64,000 bases of DNA from Fibrobacterales bacterium (GTDB lineage Bacteria > Fibrobacterota > Fibrobacteria > Fibrobacterales > JAOPTW01). The translations under genes and the position numbers were made by a program. The stretch spans positions 32,001 through 96,000 of the forward strand of contig JAOPTW010000011.1 in NCBI GenBank assembly GCA_051532035.1. Reading direction: 5' to 3'. Below, in pieces: positions 18,432-27,736 of the stretch. Every line of letters begins with the position of its first letter. Positions within the stretch are counted from its first letter, which is position 1. The notes beneath the pieces are model-generated. The model saw only the letters and a program-made list of their open reading frames with translations, was not told the origin of the DNA and did not search any database.

Positions 18432-19990
18432 ACGGTCTCCTTGTGTTCTCGTATTGATTTATATTGAATTTTTCCAATTTCTTTGGGGAGCTCGCGAGTA
18501 ATAATGAACTCATCCGGAATTTTATAACTAGAAAGGTTGCCACTACAGTATCTGCGGAGTTTACCGCCACTTAACACGCACCCCTCTCTTGGTTGTACGT
18601 GGGCTTTTATCATTTCACCCAACAAGTCATGGGGTTCAACGGTTATTGCTACGGCAACAATATCATTGTGGGTTAATAGAAATGCCTCAATATCTTCGGG
18701 GAAGATGAGGTTTGCACCTCTTTTGAGAGCGCGCTTTTTTCGCCCCAAGAATGCGACGCGTCCCGTTTCATCGTACTGACCTAAATCACCGGTTCGAAAC
18801 CAGCGCGTTGAATCATTTTCGTAAAGAGCTCTTTCAGTTTCTGCACTATTATTATGGTAGTTGTGTAAGATACCATCCGTATGAATATGGATCATGCCAA
18901 TTTCGCCATGGGGGACGATATTGTCGTTGTCGTCACAGAGTTTCACTTGAGTAAAAGGGAGTGTTCGATAGATGTTACAATCAACGGCACCATCAACCTC
19001 AGAATCCCATACAAGCATGGTGGCGGTCTCTGTAGAACCTATGATATTAACGACACGAATACCGATGTCATCAACAAATCGTCGGGCGATTTCATTGGGA
19101 AGTACCTCTCCGGCAAAGTAACAAAGGCGGAGACTTGAGATGTCGTAGCTCTCAAAGTTAGGAACGGAAAGGAGGATTTTGGCGAGAGTACTACTCAGTT
19201 GTAGTACGGTTACTCGTTTCTCTTGAATAGTCTTCAGCATGGTGACTGGGTCAAAAGAGCTTAAATAGATTACTGATCCACCCATCAAGCTATTTTGAAG
19301 CCCCATACCAAATCCACCGAGGTGAAAGAGGGGCATCCCCATAAGCATTACATCGGACGAGTTTAAGTCGAGGTAGCGCGCCATGTCTGTTTGAGACTTG
19401 TAAAAGCCCTCTTGAGTAACTGTTATAATTTTGGGATTACTTGTTGATCCAGACGTACTTGCCAGCATCAAGGTATCACTCTGTACATTTTGTGTAGAGG
19501 GCGATAGCGTTGTTTCGACATTCATCATGTCGCTATACCAAAGTACTCTCTTATTCTCAGGAAGCGTACTGTCGGCATCCAAGAACACGAACGTTTTTAT
19601 GTCGGTAACACTTTCAGAAAGGGTAGTGAGGTTTGCAAGGTGATTGATGTTTCTAAACTTCACACATGCAATAACCAACGTAATAGAGAGAGTCTTTAAG
19701 AGTCCTTCGAGTTCCCATTTTCCGATTTGTGGGTTGAGTGGCACGGGAAGTGCATCTAATGTTATAAGAGCCCAATAGGTCGTATACCACTCAATAGCGT
19801 TGGGGAGAATCAGCATAACTTGATCACCTGAGCCAATCCCTTGACGGGACAATGCATCAGCTACTCTCACTATCTCGCAACTCAGTTCTCCACGAGTGTG
19901 AGAACGTCCATCAACAGTAATTGCATCGCCAAAAGGGTTTTCTGTAGTGAGGGAATCTATCCATGTGTGAAAGGAGTTTGGAGTGCTCAC
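18428..19990 (-). CDS. AMP-dependent synthetase/ligase (class I adenylate-forming) #1
   Basis: 'STSGSTSNPK', 'PLFHLGG', 'GSTET', 'WFRTGDLG', 'YKIPD...LPKEIGK'. Confidence 0.92.
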   Translation of the reverse strand: MSTPNSFHTWIDSLTTENPFGDAITVDGRSHTRGELSCEIVRVADALSRQGIGSGDQVMLILPNAIEWYTTYWALITLDALPVPLNPQIGKWELEGLLKTLSITLVIACVKFRNINHLANLTTLSESVTDIKTFVFLDADSTLPENKRVLWYSDMMNVETTLSPSTQNVQSDTLMLASTSGSTSNPKIITVTQEGFYKSQTDMARYLDLNSSDVMLMGMPLFHLGGFGMGLQNSLMGGSVIYLSSFDPVTMLKTIQEKRVTVLQLSSTLAKILLSVPNFESYDISSLRLCYFAGEVLPNEIARRFVDDIGIRVVNIIGSTETATMLVWDSEVDGAVDCNIYRTLPFTQVKLCDDNDNIVPHGEIGMIHIHTDGILHNYHNNSAETERALYENDSTRWFRTGDLGQYDETGRVAFLGRKKRALKRGANLIFPEDIEAFLLTHNDIVAVAITVEPHDLLGEMIKAHVQPREGCVLSGGKLRRYCSGNLSSYKIPDEFIITRELPKEIGKIQYKSIREHKETV

Positions 19991-21150
19991 TTTGATCGTA
20001 CTCCTTCAGTTACCGCTGATGAAATTGCTTGGGTTGCGATCCAATCGGCAAAGACATGTTTAATCCAATGCAATTGTTCGCCTACAGGCATAGTATGGGT
20101 AACCTGAATACCTTGGTAGTAGACGGGCTCATCTTCGAGAATGAGCAGTTCTTTTGGGCCGGTTGCTTTTTCATGAAGTGCAAGAGCGTCATCAATAACC
20201 ATCCAGTTATCGTGCCTGCCATGAATCAGAAAATAAGGGCAGGCAACCTTTTCTTCACTGCCGAGTCCCATCTCTGCAACAAAAGTCTTTGCATCAACGC
20301 CACCTGTCTGAAAGTTGTAGGCTGGCCCTTGGCGCATCCAGGCCGGAGTGACACTCTCTTTAACTTGATCAATATAGAGGGGGAAGAGGGTTGCACACCA
20401 GGCGAATCGCTCATCACGGCTTGCTGCTTTATACGCATAGCCACCACCCATACAGAGGCCAGACACCCCAATGCGTTCAGAATCAATCACGTCTAGGGCA
20501 CATGCGTAATCCATAGTACTCGTAAACGTCTCTAGGTTCGTTGCCATACGGCACTTGATGTCGCGATCATAAAGCGCTTCTCCACAACCGGGCATGTCAG
20601 GAACGAGTACCGCGATACCTCTTTGTAAGAGTGGCATTGCGAGAATATGCATCTCTTCTTTACAGCTCCCAAGGCCTTCAAAAAGTATCGTACAAGGAAA
20701 AGGCCCTTCACCTTCAGGGAGGTGTAGGTAGGCAGGTACTGCTGCCTCACCAATGGGGATATCAACTTTTTTTGATTCAGTCGTTAAGAAGCTCAGTGCT
20801 TTGTCATAATACCGTGCATACTGTAGGTAGACATTTTTCTTTTCTTCGATCTTAACAAAATTGATAAGGAATACCGCATAGTAGCACTGCGCCGTTTGAA
20901 GATACATGTCATAGGCAGTAATAGTATCACCACGGGTTTCTGCATTTTGCGCTATATTCAGATAGCGTGTAGCTTTTGCCTCCCACAGTGCAAGCCATTT
21001 TTTTTGTAATACATTGGAGTTGATAATGTTGGTATTCTCTACCTCTTTGAGGATAGCCTCTATGTCAAATGGATTGGTACCATAGATTAACATGCGTGTA
21101 ATAACAGGGGCTAAAAAGCTGCGGATACTCCATTCTGTTGGTGCGGTCAT
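19987..21150 (-). CDS. Alpha/beta hydrolase (FrsA / dihydroxypseudooxynicotine-hydrolase-like) with GxCxG nucleophile elbow
   Basis: 'YLHLP.G.GPFP', 'GLGSCKEE', 'DMPGCGE', 'RIGVSGLCMGGGY', 'HGRHD'. ATG 21150 overlaps the upstream TAA. Confidence 0.85.
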   Translation of the reverse strand: MTAPTEWSIRSFLAPVITRMLIYGTNPFDIEAILKEVENTNIINSNVLQKKWLALWEAKATRYLNIAQNAETRGDTITAYDMYLQTAQCYYAVFLINFVKIEEKKNVYLQYARYYDKALSFLTTESKKVDIPIGEAAVPAYLHLPEGEGPFPCTILFEGLGSCKEEMHILAMPLLQRGIAVLVPDMPGCGEALYDRDIKCRMATNLETFTSTMDYACALDVIDSERIGVSGLCMGGGYAYKAASRDERFAWCATLFPLYIDQVKESVTPAWMRQGPAYNFQTGGVDAKTFVAEMGLGSEEKVACPYFLIHGRHDNWMVIDDALALHEKATGPKELLILEDEPVYYQGIQVTHTMPVGEQLHWIKHVFADWIATQAISSAVTEGVRSK

Positions 21151-22247
21151 TAACGTCTCCTTTGAGGAATGGTACAATGCATGAGTGCAAGTAAGGGGGT
21201 GGTGTTGTAGGCAATTGCGGTATAGGTATGGGCATTATGGGTAACACTCGTGTACTCAAGTGTTTCGGGTTCAGGACCTGTCTGGCTTACTGAACAGCCC
21301 TGTATGGTAAAGCCACTGTCTCGGAGACGATCGATCCACTGTTGAGCGGTATTGTGTCCTTCGCGGATATACTCAGTTCTATTACCAATAATGTCGATGA
21401 TCTCAAATACAAAGATCTCTTTGATAGAGAGGCGCACCGATTCTGTAAGGTGTTTAAGGGTGTCGATATACTCAAATATCCCTTTGAAATGAGTATAGCA
21501 GTTCTGAATGCGTTCTGGGTACGGTACTGTAATGTGATCGACATCGGGCTCTGCAATATAGAGTGATGCAGGGTTGAGGACGTTCAAGTTACGGCACATT
21601 TTCTCACGAATACTAGTGTCATTACTACAGTGATGGAGGGACAGTAACCCGGTAATGATCAGTGGTCCTGATACCTGTTGCTGTATCTCTGCCCAGTCTT
21701 TGGTATCCAGCTGATCAACAGATCTATTGAACCCAGTAAAGGAATGGGGAATAGTGTTCGCTTCGCACAGTTCTTCTATAGAGTGTTGGCCTAGATCAAT
21801 GAGCTGCTTGGATGGTTCACAGGCAATTACTGAGATTTTTTGAATGTCTGGATTGTGGGCATATACGGCTGAAATAATTGCACGGAGTAATCCCCCAGAC
21901 TTGAAGCCGGTATCAAAGAGGGTAATCTCTTTCTCGTCTCCATAGAGTGTTACTATTGAGTCTATGAGAGCATGTTTCACCAGTGAAAGAATAGGGAAGT
22001 GCTCTAGAAAGAACGCTACACATTGTGCCGTTGAGTAAGGTGAAAGGTGGAGGTTTTGTTGATCCTCTTTGGTAATGGGCTTATTATAGTGGAGCTTAAA
22101 TGCGTACGAAAAACAGCGGGCAAGAATCGCGTCATTAGAGTTGTGCGATTGGAGGTCCTGGTTTTGTAGGGAGAGGCTCAATGCATCAGTATCAATAGGG
22201 TTCTCTGTTGATGAGAGATTCTCTAAGAGTTGTGCCATTGGGCTCAT
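21150..22247 (-). CDS. Bacterial GRAS-domain protein (Rossmann methyltransferase-like fold)
   Basis: GRAS-type segments: 'LARCFSYA', 'ITLFDTG' (VHIID equivalent), 'LSLHH', 'LNPASLYIAEPDVDH...ERIQNCYTHFKGIFEYID' (PFYRE), 'EIIDIIG...REGH..QW..RL..SGF' (SAW). ATG 22247 overlaps the upstream TGA. Confidence 0.75.
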   Translation of the reverse strand: MSPMAQLLENLSSTENPIDTDALSLSLQNQDLQSHNSNDAILARCFSYAFKLHYNKPITKEDQQNLHLSPYSTAQCVAFFLEHFPILSLVKHALIDSIVTLYGDEKEITLFDTGFKSGGLLRAIISAVYAHNPDIQKISVIACEPSKQLIDLGQHSIEELCEANTIPHSFTGFNRSVDQLDTKDWAEIQQQVSGPLIITGLLSLHHCSNDTSIREKMCRNLNVLNPASLYIAEPDVDHITVPYPERIQNCYTHFKGIFEYIDTLKHLTESVRLSIKEIFVFEIIDIIGNRTEYIREGHNTAQQWIDRLRDSGFTIQGCSVSQTGPEPETLEYTSVTHNAHTYTAIAYNTTPLLALMHCTIPQRRR

Positions 22248-23482
22248 GGTACCGCTCCTCTTGTGCATTGTTTGACAATAAGGGGGATCTGTTTGACAGC
22301 TGCTGATATCGTTTCTTCTGATACACAAGTTGAGAGACGAATAAATCGTTCAAAACGGATGCCACCAAATACTGAACCGGGCATATAGACGAGGGCTGGG
22401 TCACCACTTAAAGCGACTTCTCTAAAGTGCGTTTCACTCTCAACCGTTTCAGGAAGCTCTGCCCATAGGTAGAAGGAACCTTGAGGAGGAAGTACTGTAA
22501 AACCAGCGTCTTGTAAGGTCTGTATAAGAGTATCGGTGTAATCCTGGTAAAAATAACACTCGCTGTTATCCATTAATCCTATTTGTGAAATAACTTTTTG
22601 CTGGAGCACCGAGGGATGTACCACTCTACTTCTTATTCTCAATCGGAGCGCTTCAAGGAGGGTAGTACACTCAAGTTCCCCATCATAATTTGGATTAACG
22701 GCGATATAGCCAATCCGTTCTCCAGGAATTCTCAGTGATTTAGAGAATGAATCAATGCGAATGGTTTCACTCCAGAGAGGCATCATTGAAGGGACTGTTG
22801 TTCCTTGTGGAATTACTCGATCGTAGACTGCATCCTCGAGTATGGCTACCGAGGTCCCTGTTACCATGGCATTACTTTGGAGTAGATCCGCTAACTCACC
22901 CAGTGAAGGCTCAGAGTAAATTGCGCCGGTAGGATTATTGGGGGAATTTAAGAGTATTGCAACACAATGTGGACTCAGTGCATTTCGTATATTGGCAATG
23001 TTTAGTGAGCAATCGTCATGAGCACCCACTCGTACTACACGAGCGCCAGACTGTTCTATGATGGTATCATACTCTACAAAGTGAGGAGTGATTACAATGA
23101 CTTCTGGAATCACATCCTTCTGGAGCGCTCGTTTATTGTCTACAATGGTGCTGATAACAGCATCTAATGCACCGGTTGCACCAACAGTCATAATCACCTG
23201 TTCTTGGGTAAAGGGGATAGTGAACCGTTTGTGTAAATCCTGAGAAATTCTATCGCTGGCATCACCACTTCCAAAGCCTGTTTGATAGAGAAAGCTATTA
23301 TGATCAGTCTCAATCATCTGCTTTGTTGTGGCGAGTAAGGTCTCTCGATAGTATAGTGGTGGCCGCTCTGCGGGGTTTCCGAGAGAGAGGTCGATAACCC
23401 TTCCTGGTGCATTTTTCACCTGAGAAAATAGGTCGTAAATTGTCTGGTTATTATTAACCTGATCAAGTGCGCTTTTTATCAT
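22244..23482 (-). CDS. PLP-dependent aminotransferase class I/II
   Basis: 'DLSLGNP', 'NSPNNPTG', 'DAVY', PLP-lysine 'SFSKSLRIPGERIGY', 'PQGSFY', 'FIRLS'. Confidence 0.92.
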   Translation of the reverse strand: MIKSALDQVNNNQTIYDLFSQVKNAPGRVIDLSLGNPAERPPLYYRETLLATTKQMIETDHNSFLYQTGFGSGDASDRISQDLHKRFTIPFTQEQVIMTVGATGALDAVISTIVDNKRALQKDVIPEVIVITPHFVEYDTIIEQSGARVVRVGAHDDCSLNIANIRNALSPHCVAILLNSPNNPTGAIYSEPSLGELADLLQSNAMVTGTSVAILEDAVYDRVIPQGTTVPSMMPLWSETIRIDSFSKSLRIPGERIGYIAVNPNYDGELECTTLLEALRLRIRSRVVHPSVLQQKVISQIGLMDNSECYFYQDYTDTLIQTLQDAGFTVLPPQGSFYLWAELPETVESETHFREVALSGDPALVYMPGSVFGGIRFERFIRLSTCVSEETISAAVKQIPLIVKQCTRGAVP

Positions 23483-23794
23483 GTCCCAATTCCTTAAAGC
23501 TGATAAAAAGATAGTACAGGTTTGTAATTTGGGGCTTTTATGTAATGGAAATGCAGTATTGTTTAGGACTTATTTACAGTGCTATCGGAAGTTGTAGTGA
23601 GCTTCTGTATTGGCTCGTACAAGACTTTGGGATAGGTTATTTTGAATAGGGGAGATATGGTTATGTTTACCACATATGTTGCACCCTTTGATAGTGGGGT
23701 GTTTTTTCAGTAAAAAAGAACTAATTACAGAATAGAAGTAACCTTTGGGGGCATCTCTTCGTCTAATAGACACATATTGTTATTGGAACTATCG

Positions 23795-24619
23795 ATGAAA
23801 CTTATTCTTTTGTTACTCAGCTTAACATCTATATTCGCATTTGGAATGTCGGATCGGCCCGAACTTTTTATAGACACCTTTCAAGCAGAAAGAAGTGCTC
23901 CGCCTGCAGTGATCCACTCCATAAGTTTGGACTCTACAGACTCTATAGAGTTAACTGGTGGATATACCTATCGTAGCAAGAGTGATTTTACTCATAATAC
24001 AAACAGTACAGTGAAGGGCGATGATTATGGCGGAGCTGATGTGATGTTAAAACAGAATATTCAGACTGGGTACCTCCGGTTAGGGGGGAGTAAAGTAATA
24101 GGTGATAGAGTGGTGGGGGGGACAGCCCAATTTGGTATTACTGAGTATGGTGAATTTTTAGGACTGAACGGTTCAATACGCTCGACAGGTTCTATTGGGT
24201 TTGTGGGGTTTTTAGGTTTTGGTCTATCTCGATCATCCCTCCAGTATACCGGCAGATGGGTTGAGCATGATAATTCATGGTTTAGTAGTGGCGAGACTAT
24301 CACCCCAATAAATAATGATGTTTCTGATTTACTATCTTACATAGAGTTCGGTGGAGCACTCTTTGTCATACCTTCAGTAGAAAATCCTTTATGGTCTATT
24401 TCGACTGGGGCAGAAATCAAAAGTTTGGACTGGGGGGTGAATAGAGTAAGTAATTATAGTTTGGCATCGGTTACACTTCAAACTCGGTTTGAAATGTACG
24501 AATCTCTTTTAGTTTCATTGCATATTGATTACTCTAAAATTTATTTTGACTTAGGAATCAATAACACATACTTCACTACAGGTATAGCTCTTACAAAACA
24601 GATTTCTTGGGATCGTTAA
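23795..24619 (+). CDS. Hypothetical exported, probably outer-membrane beta-barrel-like protein
   Basis: Signal peptide; alternating hydrophobic/Gly beta-strand pattern; aromatic residue near the C-terminus. Confidence 0.45.
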   Translation: MKLILLLLSLTSIFAFGMSDRPELFIDTFQAERSAPPAVIHSISLDSTDSIELTGGYTYRSKSDFTHNTNSTVKGDDYGGADVMLKQNIQTGYLRLGGSKVIGDRVVGGTAQFGITEYGEFLGLNGSIRSTGSIGFVGFLGFGLSRSSLQYTGRWVEHDNSWFSSGETITPINNDVSDLLSYIEFGGALFVIPSVENPLWSISTGAEIKSLDWGVNRVSNYSLASVTLQTRFEMYESLLVSLHIDYSKIYFDLGINNTYFTTGIALTKQISWDR

Positions 24620-24972
24620 GAAAGAGAGCCTTTATACTTTCAACAGTGTTTGCTACAGGTATTCTTTTTGTCATGGTTCTCATGGGGGGTATTACCGCGC
24701 TGCTTGGACGGATGCTCGGCGATATTGGTCCCTGGTCTAATTGGCTGGGGGCACTACTCTTTACCGTGGTAGGGTTGCTTCTTATGGATGTTGTACATAT
24801 CCCTGTTTTTGTGATAAAGAATCATGAGCGATATTACGATGGCGGATATAAAGCGGCGCTTGTTCTCGGTGATTTTGTCCAACAGGGTAGAAAGGCACAG
24901 CTACTTAAGTGGCTTTGAAAGGGGCTTGGGGTGGTATGTATGGTGACGGCAGTTTGGTTTTTGGTTTATTGA
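24607..24972 (+). pseudogene. Remnant of a CcdA/DsbD-type cytochrome c biogenesis membrane protein
   Basis: 'RAFILSTVFATGI...GGITALLGRMLGDIG.W..WL.A' matches the CcdA mid-section. The Cys-bearing helices are missing, and an in-frame stop precedes a terminal hydrophobic helix (KGLGVVCMVTAVWFLVY). Confidence 0.55.
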
Positions 24973-25222
24973 GTAAATAGTACTCAGTTGCTTCCGGTAA
25001 AGAGTCTTTTGTGCACTCAATTTCAAGGTTTTTATTTTTATGTGCACTAAATTGGCTTAATAGTTAAAAGCGAAGAAGGCCAATTAATGAGACCAATTGT
25101 GTATCATAGTCATTTTCCTATGTTTTCATTTTAATGAGTTAAGGAACAGGCATCAGTATCCATTTTTTTGAGATATATCTATAAATAATATACTGATGTA
25201 GGGAATAAAAATAGAAGGACAT

Positions 25223-27706
25223 ATGAAGCTTTTAATTACAGCAGTGATAACATTCGCATTATTATGCGCACAATCGTGTATCAATGAACCGTCAAAAAAG
25301 GGGAACGACGATACCGCAGCAGATGATGAGTTTGTCGTATTAACGTTAAATATTTATCTGTCTAATGTAGAAGTGGATGAAATTGTTGTGGGGCTTCTTA
25401 ATGACGGCACTTCTTTTGAATCAACAAGCGAGGTTATTGCAGAGGGAAGTGAAGCGGCGAAACTTACTTTTACGGTTCCTATGGGTGAGGCCATCACCAT
25501 AAACTATACGTGTTTTTATAAAAATGACCTTGTAGCGCGTAATAGTAAAACAGTCACCTTACAGAGTGATAGTATTATAGAATCTATTCCTGATGTGAAG
25601 GCCCTGATTTTTTTCACGGGTAATGATACCACTATCTTTATTAATGAACAGTATACAGTCGATGTGTTATGGGAAGATGATTCAGATAGTTATGAGTTAC
25701 GCTATCAGTTTGGCGGTGAGCAAAGCTTTGTCTCTACTTCCCAGTATCGGTTTGATGAGCTTGGGAGTTACTTAGTAGTGACTCAGGCACTTGATGGTGT
25801 CAATGAGCTGTTTGACACCGTTTCTGTAACGGTTATTGACTATTCAGATGCATTACCTAATGAAAGTTCGAATGATGGTATAGAACTCTCAACTGATTCA
25901 GAGAGTTCTACTGATATGCTATCCTCTTCTGTTGTAGAATCGAGTACCGTGTCGAGTTCACTCTCTTCTGATGAGAGGTCGAGTTCTAGTCACGTAAGTT
26001 CATCGTCAGGGATTTCTTCTTCGAGTCAGATATCTTCGTCCATGATTGGGATCTCTTCATTAACAATTGATTTTTCATCATCGTCAATAATACACCATTC
26101 TATTATAATCGCTACCGAAGATAGTGATAAGCTCTCAGTTGATATTAGTGAATATAGCGTGCCTCATGGGGAACTAACTATGGTTCCTGTGACTGTTACG
26201 GGCGTTAATGGTGGTACCCTTGATGAATGGAGTGTGGAAGGTGATTGTGAAGTAAGTGGTGGTACGAGTCTTGAAGTGACTTGTACCGGGGCAGGGACTG
26301 TTACTGCGCTGTATACGCGGAAGTTAGTGAGTAGTATTACTATTTCGGGAAGTGATGAAATTTCAATTTTTACTATTGGAACTGAGTATCAATTATCGCA
26401 TGCCGTAATACCTTTTGATGCTGATGATGGGAGTGTCGTATGGAAAACTGCTAATAGTGCTGTAGCGACGGTTACTCAAAGTGGGCTCTTGACAACAACT
26501 GGAGTGGGGAGTGTAAATATAACTGTTGAGGCACAGGATAAGAGTGGGGTATCTGAAACAGTTACGGTACACGTGTTGCAGAATACCGTAATCCACAAAA
26601 GTGAGGGAGCCTTGAAACATAAGATTACCGCTTTATCAGGGGGTGGATTTGTCATTGCCAATGAACAATACACTAATGCGGGTTCGAGTAATTATTGGGC
26701 TGAATTTTCAATATATTCGCCAGAAGGTAACGTGGTTGCCACGCCAATAGAGTTTCGAGATAAGGATATTGTAGATTTCACTATTACAGATCTAGGGAAT
26801 GATCGATTTGTTGTTATCTCAAATGAGTATTATACACCGGAGGGAGAAACCCGTACAATTTATAAGGCGTATTTTTCAATATATACAACACAAGGGGTAG
26901 CTATCGTAAATAAGAGAGAAATAATAGCAGAAGCGAGTGATGTCGGAATACAAGAAATGAGAGTACTTCCCTTGACCTCTGGTGAATATTTACTGCTCTA
27001 CAGAGGCGGTATTGGGTTACCATATGATACCGCTTATCTTGGTATGTTACGATTTGATAGTGATGGAAATACAATTGGCAGTGAAACGGTTATGTCTCCG
27101 TATTATGGATATAATGATTATGATGTAGCTGTACTTACTAACGGAAATATCCTGATAATGTTTGCTCATAGTCATTCTGCAAGTAACCCAAGGCAGCAAG
27201 ATGCTTATTTTGTTGTAGTATCGCCCGATGGTTCAGTGGTTGTTCCTGAAACGTTGATACATGAAGCCGTTTATAGGGGGGCAGTAGCAGCATTGAGTAA
27301 TGGTACTTTTGTACTTTCGTATATTGACAAAACGCAAGGTGAGAAAGGGTATTTGAATTTTTATACTAATGATGGGGGATCGGTGGAATCGGGAGTTGAA
27401 TTTAATAGAAGCTCTGATGGCACATCGTATCATGATCTTGTCGATTTGGGAGATGGGTACTGCATGGTTGCTTATTCAACGGGGTATAATAATTCTGATG
27501 GCGGGTATAAAGGCTCCTTTACTAAGTTTGCTTACGATGGTTCAATACGTTCGTTTGGAAAGTATGGTACGTGGGTATCCTATACTGATTTAAAATCCTA
27601 TGATAATTCCATTATTGTACTGAGTAGCGGAGTAGTGGTTATCTCATATGGGAGAGATGGTGGTCTATTTTTTTCCATCAACAATATTGAACACTACGCA
27701 GATTAA
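25223..27706 (+). CDS. Lipoprotein with Ser-rich linker, Ig-like (Big_2) domain and a C-terminal repeat (propeller-like) domain
   Basis: Lipobox 'AQSC'; 'VIPFDADDGSVVWKTANSAVATVTQSGLLT' Big_2 motif; repeated 'ALSxGxFV' blades. Confidence 0.65.
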   Translation: MKLLITAVITFALLCAQSCINEPSKKGNDDTAADDEFVVLTLNIYLSNVEVDEIVVGLLNDGTSFESTSEVIAEGSEAAKLTFTVPMGEAITINYTCFYKNDLVARNSKTVTLQSDSIIESIPDVKALIFFTGNDTTIFINEQYTVDVLWEDDSDSYELRYQFGGEQSFVSTSQYRFDELGSYLVVTQALDGVNELFDTVSVTVIDYSDALPNESSNDGIELSTDSESSTDMLSSSVVESSTVSSSLSSDERSSSSHVSSSSGISSSSQISSSMIGISSLTIDFSSSSIIHHSIIIATEDSDKLSVDISEYSVPHGELTMVPVTVTGVNGGTLDEWSVEGDCEVSGGTSLEVTCTGAGTVTALYTRKLVSSITISGSDEISIFTIGTEYQLSHAVIPFDADDGSVVWKTANSAVATVTQSGLLTTTGVGSVNITVEAQDKSGVSETVTVHVLQNTVIHKSEGALKHKITALSGGGFVIANEQYTNAGSSNYWAEFSIYSPEGNVVATPIEFRDKDIVDFTITDLGNDRFVVISNEYYTPEGETRTIYKAYFSIYTTQGVAIVNKREIIAEASDVGIQEMRVLPLTSGEYLLLYRGGIGLPYDTAYLGMLRFDSDGNTIGSETVMSPYYGYNDYDVAVLTNGNILIMFAHSHSASNPRQQDAYFVVVSPDGSVVVPETLIHEAVYRGAVAALSNGTFVLSYIDKTQGEKGYLNFYTNDGGSVESGVEFNRSSDGTSYHDLVDLGDGYCMVAYSTGYNNSDGGYKGSFTKFAYDGSIRSFGKYGTWVSYTDLKSYDNSIIVLSSGVVVISYGRDGGLFFSINNIEHYAD

Positions 27707-27736
27707 ATACCTGTGTGTAATATGTGGATCCGTATA

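Noticed and set aside
23483..23790. Cobalamin or SAM riboswitch upstream of the biosynthetic operon
   Set aside because: No B12-box or SAM-I consensus could be identified by eye; an Infernal/Rfam scan would be decisive
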